DNA from: a bacterium | GTDB taxonomy: Bacteria; Bacteroidota; Ignavibacteria; UBA10030 | NCBI GenBank assembly: GCA_043803945.1 | Contig: JAZDJN010000095.1 | Span: 32,001 to 96,000, forward strand | Length of the DNA: 64,000 nucleotides | Direction of reading: 5' to 3' | Shown: in pieces, positions 1 through 8,309 of the stretch | Layout of the letters: the number at the start of each line of letters is the position of its first letter | Numbering within the stretch: position 1 is the stretch's first letter | Position numbers and translations under genes: made by a program | Notes under the pieces: model-generated | Databases searched by the model: none | What the model was told of the DNA's origin: nothing | What the model saw: only the letters and a program-made list of their open reading frames with translations

Positions 1-356
1 TAGGATAAAATGATTCGCTGGTTCACCGAGGAAAATACCAGCCTGCGAAGCTCATGAAGCAGTTCGCTCTCTGTCTTGATGTTGATAGACTCTATCGTCT
101 TGAAATACCCTTCAAACACTACCCAGCGGCCTGTCCCATCGCGCCTGAATAAATCCGCAATAGCATCATAAGCAAAATCGGAAATATCCAGTCCAAATTG
201 CACCGTTTGGAAGGAGGTTACCCTGGTCTTCATTTTTAAACAGGCAATTGCCATTTTGTGGCATGCGTTGACAAGCCGGGTCAGCCTGGCAGGAGAACAG
301 TTTCCCTGGAGGATCTCTATGAGAATAACACGCAAATCATCAACGAATGGTTGCAT
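1..356 (-). CDS. Hypothetical protein, truncated by window edge; weakly sigma-70 region-2-like
   Basis: Hand translation from ATG at 356 gives MQPFVDDLRVILIEILQGNCSPARLTRLVNACHKMAIACLK...DISDFAYDAIADLFRRD..., open to base 1. It starts 4 nt after the toxin stop. Not in the ORF track. Confidence 0.7.
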   Translation of the reverse strand, partial: MQPFVDDLRVILIEILQGNCSPARLTRLVNACHKMAIACLKMKTRVTSFQTVQFGLDISDFAYDAIADLFRRDGTGRWVVFEGYFKTIESINIKTESELLHELRRLVFSSVNQRIILS

Positions 357-360
357 AAAT

Positions 361-645
361 CTACAACTCCAAGTTTCGGTAGATTTCTTTGCGGTGTGCG
401 ATCCGTCGTAGGAAGATCGTGTCGTTATCGAACGAGAAGATGATTCGATACTCGTTTGCTACAATAACCCTGTAGTATCCCTTAAGCCCAGTCATAGGGC
501 GAACGTCCAACTCGGGGTGAAAGACATCCACACAGAGCTTCTGTGCTGTCTCGAAGGCTTTCGCTTTAACCTCCTCTGGCAGCGGTCTAAGATCACGCGC
601 AAATCGATTGGTGCGCTGGAGAATCTTGTTACGCGACGAAGTCAT
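361..645 (-). CDS. RelE/ParE-family type II toxin
   Basis: About 94 aa with RTNRFARDLR ... GYYRVIVANEYRIIFSF ... LRRIAHRKEIYR, a RelE-like pattern. Start chosen at MTSSR. Confidence 0.85.
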   Translation of the reverse strand: MTSSRNKILQRTNRFARDLRPLPEEVKAKAFETAQKLCVDVFHPELDVRPMTGLKGYYRVIVANEYRIIFSFDNDTIFLRRIAHRKEIYRNLEL

Positions 646-835
646 CGTACGAAGTGACAATGTTTATTTTATTTTCCCGAACATCTTCATCGGACTCGCG
701 GAGTCCCGTTAGAAATTCCTCACGATACAATTCGTTTGGAGGGAACGCGGAGGTGAGAAACTCTTGAATGGTTTTATACGCTTCGATGAGTTTCGCAAAC
801 TGTTCGCCAGAAAGCGTAACGGTAACGGTAGCCAT
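629..835 (-). CDS. Putative antitoxin
   Basis: 68 aa with acidic C-terminus (YREEFLTGLRESDEDVRE); lies upstream of and overlaps the toxin. Confidence 0.75.
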   Translation of the reverse strand: MATVTVTLSGEQFAKLIEAYKTIQEFLTSAFPPNELYREEFLTGLRESDEDVRENKINIVTSYDDFVA

Positions 836-936
836 CTGTATTCCTTTTGATTGATTTGAATAAAGTTATATGATTCTGCTTATAAAAACAAATACAACTA
901 TAATAGAACTCGCTTGGTTATTTTTCTTCACTCCTG

Positions 937-965
937 TTGCAACTGACGTCGTGATGTTTTATATT
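937..965 (+). promoter_or_regulatory. Sigma70-like promoter for the tRNA
   Basis: TTGCAA-17 nt-TATATT, about 20 nt upstream of the tRNA. Confidence 0.6.
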
Positions 966-986
966 CGCTCGTGCATAAAAAGTTTT

Positions 987-1059
<73 letters not shown>

Positions 1060-1089
1060 CATTCATTTTGTGATATCATTAAATGTTAG

Positions 1090-1152
1090 ATGTCGCGGGT
1101 TCTGAGCCGTAGGCTCATGCGCCTCTGGCGCAGAGTCTCGTCGCCCGCTCCA
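1090..1152 (+). pseudogene. Duplicated 3' end of tRNA-Gly (att-like scar), interrupted by a 30-bp palindromic insert
   Basis: ATGTCGCGGGTTC[1103-1132]GAGTCTCGTCGCCCGCTCCA matches 1030-1060 with 2 mismatches once the insert is removed. Confidence 0.85.
1103..1132. mobile_element. Twin-hairpin mini-element (family B)
   Basis: TGAGCC-GTA-GGCTCA + TGCGCC-TCT-GGCGCA inserted at TTC^G. Confidence 0.7.
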
Positions 1153-1160
1153 CGATGCTA

Positions 1161-1210
1161 AGAAGTCCGTCTTTTTACTACGCTCAAGCTTAGGTAAAAG
1201 ACGGACTTCT
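1161..1210. terminator. Stem-loop after the tRNA locus
   Basis: AGAAGTCCGTCTTTT / AAAAGACGGACTTCT inverted repeat. Confidence 0.6.
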
Positions 1211-1244
1211 ACCAACCGCCCGAACGGTTAATTCAATATCTCCC

Positions 1245-1580
1245 ATGATCACTTCAATAAATCTTTTCAACACCTCCTTTCCTCCAACGAACAAAGAGCG
1301 CATTGACCTGCTCTTTCAATGCAATACGGTAACAATCGAGCGGATTTGTTCCTCCGGCAGCAGTTCTCCCGAAGGATTCTGGTACGATCAACCAACCGAT
1401 GAGTGGGTTGTCGTCCTTCAGGGAAGTGCAGGACTCTCCATAGAAGGAGAACCGGAAACAAGAACGCTCAAGCCCGGAGAGGCGATATTTCTTCCCGCCC
1501 ACCATCGGCACCGCGTTGAGTGGACGGAGGCGCAAACTCTTTGGCTAGCGGTTCATATCAAGATAGAGAATAATTCTTGA
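1245..1580 (+). CDS. Cupin domain protein
   Basis: IERICSSG..SPEGFWYDQPTDEWVVVLQG and LPAHHRHRVEWT cupin motifs. Confidence 0.88.
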   Translation: MITSINLFNTSFPPTNKERIDLLFQCNTVTIERICSSGSSSPEGFWYDQPTDEWVVVLQGSAGLSIEGEPETRTLKPGEAIFLPAHHRHRVEWTEAQTLWLAVHIKIENNS

Positions 1581-1614
1581 TTGATACGGTAACCCTTCCC
1601 ATTTTACCTCCACA

Positions 1615-2017
1615 TTCGGGGAACACCGAGGAGCGCCTAGTATCCAAAAGAAGGACGGTGTTTCCAGCATGCCTCTGGCTGGAATCTGTATAACAGAACT
1701 GGTTTTTCTATAAAGCAGATCCCCGACGGAAGCCTTCGGGGAACAATGAGAGGTACAGGGCACCAAAAAGAAGGATAGTGTTTCCAGCATGCTTCAGGCT
1801 GCCTGCCTACGTGTCCGCCGTAGCGGACAGGCAGGGAATCTGTATAACGGAACCGGATTTTCTATAGAACAGATCCCCGATAAAAACATTCGGGGAACAC
1901 TGAGGGGTCCCCAGTGTCTAAAATAAGGACAGTGTTTCCGGTATGCTTCAGGCCGGAATCTGGAAATCGGGTTCAGATCCCTTTAGTAGATCCCCGACAG
2001 AAGCATTCGGGGAACAC
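1615..2017. repeat. Tandem array of about 120-bp REP-doublet (REPIN/BIME-like) units, about 3.3 copies
   Basis: TTCGGGGAACA recurs at 1615, 1735, 1889 and 2006. Each unit has a GTGTTTCCAGC..GCTGGAATCT hairpin and an inverted AGATCCCCGA..TCGGGGAACAC hairpin. Confidence 0.9.
1802..1835. mobile_element. CCTGCC...GGCAGG mini-element (family A)
   Basis: 34-bp extra segment present only in unit 2 of the array. Confidence 0.75.
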
Positions 2018-2180
2018 TGGCTTTAGTTATCCCTTAGCGTTTCTCGACGGCATGCTTCTTCGTATAGAATCATCAACGCATTATTGTTTTTCTGAACAAT
2101 TTTCAACAAATTTTACACGTCAAGGGAACGCAATGTTCCCTTTGTTCGTCTTATAGATTGCCTGTTCATGAGAAGGATTT

Positions 2181-2330
2181 GCCGCCAAGTGCGCCAAGAA
2201 TTGTTTATTGAGTTATTTTTCAAAAGTCTATGAAAATCTATCATATTCATATCTTGGTGTTTTGCCTGCTTGCCCGCCACGGCGGGCCTGTGCTGCCAGC
2301 CTGCTGCAGGCAGGGCGTTCTTGGCGGTTA
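2181..2330. repeat. Inverted 9-mer-repeat shell with a family A insert at 2265-2314
   Basis: Left arm CCGCCAAGTGCGCCAAGA. The right arm TCTTGGTGTTTTG|GCGTTCTTGGCGG is restored on removing CCTGC...GCAGG. Confidence 0.7.
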
Positions 2331-2388
2331 GCTCTTTTGCCAATTAGTTAGAGAATTATAAGCGTTTTTCTCATTTTCTGGAGGTACT

Positions 2389-3372
2389 GTGGATATCAGA
2401 ACAATCAACGAAATGATTCAACGCGAAAGCGCATTCGTCGACACACTCACAACCGAAGTCAGCAAGGTCATTGTCGGCCAGAAACAAATGGTCGACCGGT
2501 TATTAATCGGATTGCTTTGTAACGGACATATCCTGCTTGAGGGTGTGCCTGGCCTTGCAAAGACCCTGACAATCAAGACCCTTGCCTCTGCCATCAGCGC
2601 CAAGTTCCAGCGCATTCAGTTTACACCCGACCTTCTTCCTGCCGACCTTGTTGGTACAATGATTTACAACCAGAAGGAGGGAAAGTTCTTTACGCGGCGC
2701 GGGCCTATCTTTGCAAATTTCATTCTTGCTGATGAGATCAATCGTGCTCCCGCGAAAGTGCAAAGCGCCCTCCTGGAGGCCATGCAGGAACGACAGGTGA
2801 CAATCGGAGAAGAGACCTTCAAACTCGATGAACCGTTTCTTGTTCTGGCCACACAAAACCCTATCGAGCAGGAAGGAACCTATCCCCTGCCTGAAGCACA
2901 GGTCGACCGGTTCATGCTAAAGGTGAAGATTGACTACCCCTCGCGCGATGAAGAACTCTTAATTATGCGCCAGAACGTGTTCGGCGAACAGAAAGAGATT
3001 AAACCGGTTGTTTCACCAAAGAACATTCTTGCTGCGAGAGATGTTGTAAAAAATGTGTATATGGATGAGAAGATTGAACGTTACATCCTCGATATCGTGT
3101 TCGCAACACGGCAACCGGCTAAGTTCAAGCTGGAGAAGCTTGCACCGATGATCAGCTACGGTGCCTCTCCCCGTGCAAGCATTAACCTGGCACTTGCCTC
3201 GAAGGCCCATGCATTTATTAAGCGTCGTGGATATGTCATTCCAGAGGATGTCCGGTCGATAAGCTTTGATGTCTTGCGGCATCGTGTTGCCATAACCTAC
3301 GAAGCAGAGGCGGAGGAGATGACCTCTGAGAATATCGTGCAGGAAATTCTTAATACTGTGGAAGTGCCTTAG
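2389..3372 (+). CDS. moxR: MoxR-family AAA+ ATPase
   Basis: GHILLEGVPGLAKT Walker A, RIQFTPDLLPAD, ILADEINRAPAKVQSALLEAMQE, ATQNPIEQEGTYPLPEAQ. Confidence 0.95.
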   Translation: MDIRTINEMIQRESAFVDTLTTEVSKVIVGQKQMVDRLLIGLLCNGHILLEGVPGLAKTLTIKTLASAISAKFQRIQFTPDLLPADLVGTMIYNQKEGKFFTRRGPIFANFILADEINRAPAKVQSALLEAMQERQVTIGEETFKLDEPFLVLATQNPIEQEGTYPLPEAQVDRFMLKVKIDYPSRDEELLIMRQNVFGEQKEIKPVVSPKNILAARDVVKNVYMDEKIERYILDIVFATRQPAKFKLEKLAPMISYGASPRASINLALASKAHAFIKRRGYVIPEDVRSISFDVLRHRVAITYEAEAEEMTSENIVQEILNTVEVP

Positions 3373-3400
3373 ATATACTGCGAAAAGCGGAAAAAATAAT

Positions 3401-3570
3401 TAACCACAAGGACACAAAGGAAAAGCTATTAATAGTAATATTTTCAAATTCTTTTTGTGTAAGCTTTATTCTGTGTGTTCTTCGTGTCCTTCTCAGCCAG
3501 AGGCTGATCCGCCAAACAGACGCCTGCCTGCCGCAGGCAGGGCGGACAGGTGCGCCTGGCGCAGTGGTTA
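3401..3570. repeat. Inverted-repeat shell with nested palindromic inserts at 3493-3563
   Basis: TAACCACAAGGACACAAAG ... CTTCGTGTCCTTC|GTGGTTA. The insert begins TCAGCCAGAGGCTGATCCGCC and contains CCTGCCTGCCGCAGGCAGG. Confidence 0.75.
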
Positions 3571-3616
3571 GGCTTTTCGTCAAAGTTTCACGGAGCATGC
3601 TATAGACTGATTCATC

Positions 3617-4498
3617 ATGGAAACCAAAGAGCTTCTCAAAAAAGTACGGCAGCTTGAAATTCGCACACGCGGACTTGTAAACCAGGTATTCTCCGGTGAG
3701 TATCACTCGGTGTTTAAGGGGCGCGGCATGGCCTTCTCAGAGGTCCGCGAATATCAGATCGGCGACGACATTCGAACCATCGATTGGAATGTCACGGCCC
3801 GTTTCGACCATCCGTACATCAAAATCTATGAGGAGGAACGCGAGTTAACCGTGATGCTTGTTGTCGACTTAAGCGGCTCGCAATTTTTCGGCTCTCACGG
3901 ACAACTGAAACGGGATATTGCCGTCGAACTCAGCGCTATTCTCGCTTTCTCGGCGATGAAGAATAGCGACAAGGTCGGGGCGATTTTGTTTTCCGATCAA
4001 ATCGAGAAATCGATTCCGCCGCGCAAAGGGCGCTCGCATGCATTGAGAATTGTCCGCGAATTAATCTCCTACGAACCTAGACGTACAAAGACCAGCCTCA
4101 AATCGGCGTTGGAATATCTGAACCACGTCTTAAAGAAACGCAGCATCGTTTTTGTCATCTCCGATTTTATTGATACAGGATATGAGACTGCCCTCCGCAT
4201 CGCCGGGAAGCGTCATGATTTAATCGGCATTACACTGCTCGCTCCGCTGGAACGTGATCTGAGAAAGGTCGGACTTGTAACGTTTCGTGATGCTGAAACC
4301 GGGCTGCAGCGCTGGGTTGATACTTCCGATAAGAACGTTCGATCGGCGTATACTCTGTACCGCGAGGCTTTCGACAAAGCGCGGCGCTCCGTTTTCCTCA
4401 AGGCAACACTCGATGAAATTGAGATTGAAGTACGAAACGACCAGTCGTACATGAAGCCGCTTATAGATTTCTTTAGATTGCGGGAGCGTCGATGGTAA
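3617..4498 (+). CDS. DUF58 domain protein (VWA-like, MoxR-associated)
   Basis: GEYHSVFKGRGMAFSEVREYQIGDDIRTIDWNVTAR motif. Confidence 0.95.
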   Translation: METKELLKKVRQLEIRTRGLVNQVFSGEYHSVFKGRGMAFSEVREYQIGDDIRTIDWNVTARFDHPYIKIYEEERELTVMLVVDLSGSQFFGSHGQLKRDIAVELSAILAFSAMKNSDKVGAILFSDQIEKSIPPRKGRSHALRIVRELISYEPRRTKTSLKSALEYLNHVLKKRSIVFVISDFIDTGYETALRIAGKRHDLIGITLLAPLERDLRKVGLVTFRDAETGLQRWVDTSDKNVRSAYTLYREAFDKARRSVFLKATLDEIEIEVRNDQSYMKPLIDFFRLRERRW

Positions 4499-5481
4499 CG
4501 GCTTTTCCTCTATACCGTTCGCTTCGCATTGTTGCTATTGTCGGCGCTGTTCTTCTGACGTCTCTCGTTTGCGTTGCACAGGAACCGGTATTAACGGCAC
4601 GGCTGGATTCCACGTCCTATAGAATTGGATCCTGGATTACCGTTCATATCGACGCAAAGTTTTCGGAAACCATTCCATCCATTTTTCCCGCAATGAAAGA
4701 CAGCCTTGGATCGTTTGAAATTCTAAAAATCGATTCTTTGTTATCAGCCCTGGATCAGGGGGTGCGGCGGCAGGAATGGATAATTCGCATGATGACCTTC
4801 GATTCCGGAACCGTGGCTGTTCCTCCGATTCCCTTTGCTTACAGAACTGCAAATGATTCTACAATACGAATCGCAAGTTCCAATCCCCTCGTGCTTACTA
4901 CAACGGGCATCGAGATCGATCCCAGGGGTGATATCAGAGACATTAAACCTCCGATGGATGCTCCATGGGCCTTTGAAGATTTTATCCCATACATTGTAGC
5001 ATTGCTGATCATTGGTATCTCCGCGTATGGCTATCACTATTACCGGAAGAGAAAAATTAAGAATGAGGCAGATCTGCTGCCGCCCAAACCTGCCATTCCC
5101 CCGGCTTACATTGCTCTCGCTGCACTGCGGGAGCTTGAAGAGAAGAGGCTCTGGCAACAGGGATACATAAAACAGTTTTACTCCGAAGTCACGGAAATTA
5201 TCCGGCGTTTTCTTGAACATCAGTTTGGGTTCCTTGCCCTGGAATCGACCTCGGATGAAATCATGCAACAATTAAAACGGATACCGGAAGCACGGGTGCT
5301 CATCAAACAGTTTCAATCGTTTTTTACCACGGCTGACCTGGTAAAGTTTGCAAAATACGAACCTGCTCCTGTCGACCATGACGATGAGTTGCGGTGTGCT
5401 TATGAGGTTGTCCGCGCAATGATGCCGAGAATAACAGAAGAAGCAAAAATCGAGCAGGCGGAGGTTGGCAATGTTCGGTGA
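4492..5481 (+). CDS. Bat-operon associated membrane protein
   Basis: Signal peptide, IRDIKPP then one TM segment, KQFYSEVTEIIRRFLE, ADLVKFAK; lies between DUF58 and batA. Confidence 0.8.
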   Translation: MVTAFPLYRSLRIVAIVGAVLLTSLVCVAQEPVLTARLDSTSYRIGSWITVHIDAKFSETIPSIFPAMKDSLGSFEILKIDSLLSALDQGVRRQEWIIRMMTFDSGTVAVPPIPFAYRTANDSTIRIASSNPLVLTTTGIEIDPRGDIRDIKPPMDAPWAFEDFIPYIVALLIIGISAYGYHYYRKRKIKNEADLLPPKPAIPPAYIALAALRELEEKRLWQQGYIKQFYSEVTEIIRRFLEHQFGFLALESTSDEIMQQLKRIPEARVLIKQFQSFFTTADLVKFAKYEPAPVDHDDELRCAYEVVRAMMPRITEEAKIEQAEVGNVR

Positions 5482-6463
5482 TCTCTTTGCAAATCCATGG
5501 ATCCTTTGGTTCCTGTTGCTGATTCCCCTGCTTGCCGTATGGCAGTGGCGGCACCGGCAGAAGATTGTTTCTGAATTAACGTTCTCCTCGCTCAAGCCCT
5601 TCGGTACCATCCGCCCGTCGCTTCGTGAGCGCTTGAGAGATGTCCCTGCCGGTTTTCGTCTGCTCGCCTTGGCCTGTTTCATCATTGCGTTGGCAAGGCC
5701 GCAGTCTGTCACAAGCAGAGAGAATATCACTACCGAAGGCATTGATATTGTTCTCGTACTCGACATCTCGGGCAGTATGCTCGCAGAAGATTTTTCACCC
5801 AACCGTCTTGTTGCTGCCAAGCAGGTTGCCGAAGATTTTGTCGACGGTCGAATGAATGACCGTATCGGCCTTGTGATTTTTTCCGCGGAGAGTTTCACCC
5901 AGTGCCCGCTGACCATGGATTATGGTGTGTTGAAATCGCTTCTCCGCGAAGTGAAGAAGGGCATGATTGAAGATGGTACGGCTATCGGGCTTGCGCTTGC
6001 CAACGGCGTAAACCGCCTCAAGGATAGCAAAGCAAAGAGCAAGGTCATGATCCTGCTCACAGACGGCGTGAACAACCGGGGAGAGATCGATCCGTTGACC
6101 GCGGCGAAGATCGCTGTTACCTATGGTATTCGGGTTTATACTGTCGGCGTTGGCGCACAGGGGCAAGCCCCGTATCCGGTGCAGACACCATTTGGAATCC
6201 AGCGGCAGCTTGTTCCTGTTGATCTGGACGAAAAATCTCTGTCGACAATTGCCGAGATGACCGGCGGACGATACTATCGTGCGACCGATAACCGGAAGCT
6301 CAAAGCCATTTATAAAGAGATTGATCAACTTGAACGAACAAAAATTGAAGTAACCGCCTATAAGCGCTACACTGAATTGTTTTATCGCTGGCTGACCGGA
6401 GGGCTTATTGCCCTTTTGCTGGAAATCGGATTGGCTTCAACGGTTTTAAGAAAAATTCCATAA
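5471..6463 (+). CDS. batA: BatA VWA domain protein
   Basis: N-terminal double TM, ALARPQ, MIDAS DISGSM, DGTAIG, LLTDG. Confidence 0.92.
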   Translation: MFGDLFANPWILWFLLLIPLLAVWQWRHRQKIVSELTFSSLKPFGTIRPSLRERLRDVPAGFRLLALACFIIALARPQSVTSRENITTEGIDIVLVLDISGSMLAEDFSPNRLVAAKQVAEDFVDGRMNDRIGLVIFSAESFTQCPLTMDYGVLKSLLREVKKGMIEDGTAIGLALANGVNRLKDSKAKSKVMILLTDGVNNRGEIDPLTAAKIAVTYGIRVYTVGVGAQGQAPYPVQTPFGIQRQLVPVDLDEKSLSTIAEMTGGRYYRATDNRKLKAIYKEIDQLERTKIEVTAYKRYTELFYRWLTGGLIALLLEIGLASTVLRKIP

Positions 6464-6481
6464 GCTGTTATTGCCTGGTGC

Positions 6482-6551
6482 TGTTCACTATTTAATGTTT
6501 AGCGTTTAATGTTCACTGTTCACGGTTCCCTATTTACGATTTACTATTTAC
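6482..6551. repeat. Degenerate heptamer tandem repeat, 10 units
   Basis: TGTTCAC TATTTAA TGTTTAG CGTTTAA TGTTCAC TGTTCAC GGTTCCC TATTTAC GATTTAC TATTTAC. Confidence 0.8.
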
Positions 6552-6557
6552 CACCCT

Positions 6558-8309
6558 ATGCTGAGATTTTTACATCCTGAATACCTTTGGCTGCTGCTCG
6601 CTGTTCCGCTGTTTGCTGCAGGATTTTTCTTCCTCAACCGGTGGCGACGACAACTCTTGCATCGATTTATTGATGCCTATCTTGTCGCTCAGCTTGCGCC
6701 CGACTTTAGCCTGGCAAAACGTATCGTGAAGCAATCGATACTGTTATTCGCCCTGGCTTCCCTCATTCTTGCTCTGGCTAATCCCCAGGTAGGCACGCGC
6801 CTTGAAGAGGTAAAGCGCGAGGGCATCGATCTTTTTGTTGTTCTCGATGTCTCGTTAAGCATGAAGGCGGAGGATATTCGTCCGAATCGGCTGGAGAAGG
6901 CCAAGCGCGATGTTTCCAGCCTTCTTAAAAAGCTCGAAGGCGACCGGGTTGGCCTCATTGTTTTTGCAGGCGATGCGTTTGTGCAATTTCCTCTTACCGC
7001 CGATTATTCTGCTGCTGATCTCTTCATCGGTGCAGTCGATGTTGATGCTGTTCCTGTTCCGGGCACAACGATCGGACGCGCTATTGAAAAGGCGCTCGAA
7101 TCGTTCAGGAAAGATCTGCCAACACAAAAAGCAATCATCATTGTGAGTGACGGAGAGAATACTGAGGGCGATGTCGAAAGTGCCGTGGGCGAAGCAAAAA
7201 AAGCCGGCGTCCGCATTTATACTGTCGGCATGGGAACGCTTGAAGGAGCGCCGATTCCGTTGTATAATGCAGGGGTCCGTGTTGATTTCAAGAAAGATCA
7301 GGCAGGAAGTATCGTGCTTTCAAAGCTGGACGAGATAATTCTTCAGAAGCTTTCATTGCCCACCAATGGCAACTATAGAAGAGCTTCGAGCGGCGGCAAT
7401 GAGATTGACGAAATCTTCAATGAGCTCGCTTCACTGGAAAAGACAGAGATGGGTACAATGCAGGTAACGGGGTTTGAAGATCAGTATCAATACCCGCTGG
7501 CGTTAGCTGCAATCTTGCTGCTGCTTGAGTTCATACTCTCAGAGAAGAAAGGAAAACTCTTTGCACGGATCCGCCGGTGGATTCCTCTTGCCCGGGGATT
7601 ATCCGTTCTCTTCCTTTTGTCTCTCGCAGGCAGCCTGAGCGCTCAAACCGTCCGATCCCATATCAAGAGCGGGAACAATTCGTACGAAGATGCCAAGTAC
7701 CCGGATGCCGAGATTTCGTATAAGAAAGCTCTCGAAAAACAGACCGATTCGAAAGAGGCGACTTTCAACCTGGGGAATGCTTATTATAAGCAACAGAGGT
7801 TTGACGAATCGCTGCGATCATATAACCAAACGATTGCCTCCACCAAGGATGCCGGAGAACAATCGAAAGCCATGTACAACCTTGGCAATTCGCTGTTCAA
7901 ATCCAACAAGGTGCAGGAGAGTCTCGAAGCCTACAAGCACGCTCTTCGGCTCAATCCTTCAGACGAAGACGCTCTTTATAATTACCTCCTTGCAAGGGAA
8001 CGATTAAAACAGGAACAACAGCAGAAGAAAGATAACAAAGACAATAAGGATCAGAAAAATCAGCAACAACAGCAACAGAACCAAAAGCAAAACGACCAAC
8101 AGAAAAAACAGGATCAGCAGAAACAGCAGCAAAACAACCAACAGCAGCAAGCAAAACAAGATCAGGTGAATCAGCAACAAAAGAAAAATCAAATGCCGAA
8201 GGATCAGGCAGAGCGCATTCTTGAAGCAATGCGAAACAACGAAAAGGATGTTCAAAAGCAGATCCGGAAGCGTGAAGCTGTCAATGTCCGAATCGAGAAG
8301 GATTGGTAA
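6558..8309 (+). CDS. BatB-BatC fusion (VWA + TPR + Gln-rich tail)
   Basis: VWA (DVSLSM, IIVSDGE), then TM segments, TPR repeats (FNLGNAYYKQ, YNLGNSLFK), a poly-Q/K linker and an IEKDW end typical of BatC. Confidence 0.88.
   Translation: MLRFLHPEYLWLLLAVPLFAAGFFFLNRWRRQLLHRFIDAYLVAQLAPDFSLAKRIVKQSILLFALASLILALANPQVGTRLEEVKREGIDLFVVLDVSLSMKAEDIRPNRLEKAKRDVSSLLKKLEGDRVGLIVFAGDAFVQFPLTADYSAADLFIGAVDVDAVPVPGTTIGRAIEKALESFRKDLPTQKAIIIVSDGENTEGDVESAVGEAKKAGVRIYTVGMGTLEGAPIPLYNAGVRVDFKKDQAGSIVLSKLDEIILQKLSLPTNGNYRRASSGGNEIDEIFNELASLEKTEMGTMQVTGFEDQYQYPLALAAILLLLEFILSEKKGKLFARIRRWIPLARGLSVLFLLSLAGSLSAQTVRSHIKSGNNSYEDAKYPDAEISYKKALEKQTDSKEATFNLGNAYYKQQRFDESLRSYNQTIASTKDAGEQSKAMYNLGNSLFKSNKVQESLEAYKHALRLNPSDEDALYNYLLARERLKQEQQQKKDNKDNKDQKNQQQQQQNQKQNDQQKKQDQQKQQQNNQQQQAKQDQVNQQQKKNQMPKDQAERILEAMRNNEKDVQKQIRKREAVNVRIEKDW

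Noticed and set aside
1615-2017. CRISPR array
   Set aside because: The linkers are homologous to each other, the period is 120 bp with two inverted hairpins, and no cas genes are present.
1545-2343. Short ORFs across the repeat region
   Set aside because: They are translations of palindromic repeats with no protein motifs.
8010-8195. Gln/Lys/Asn low-complexity tract as a novel repeat
   Set aside because: Ordinary BatC-type linker; the antisense Leu-rich ORFs are its shadow.
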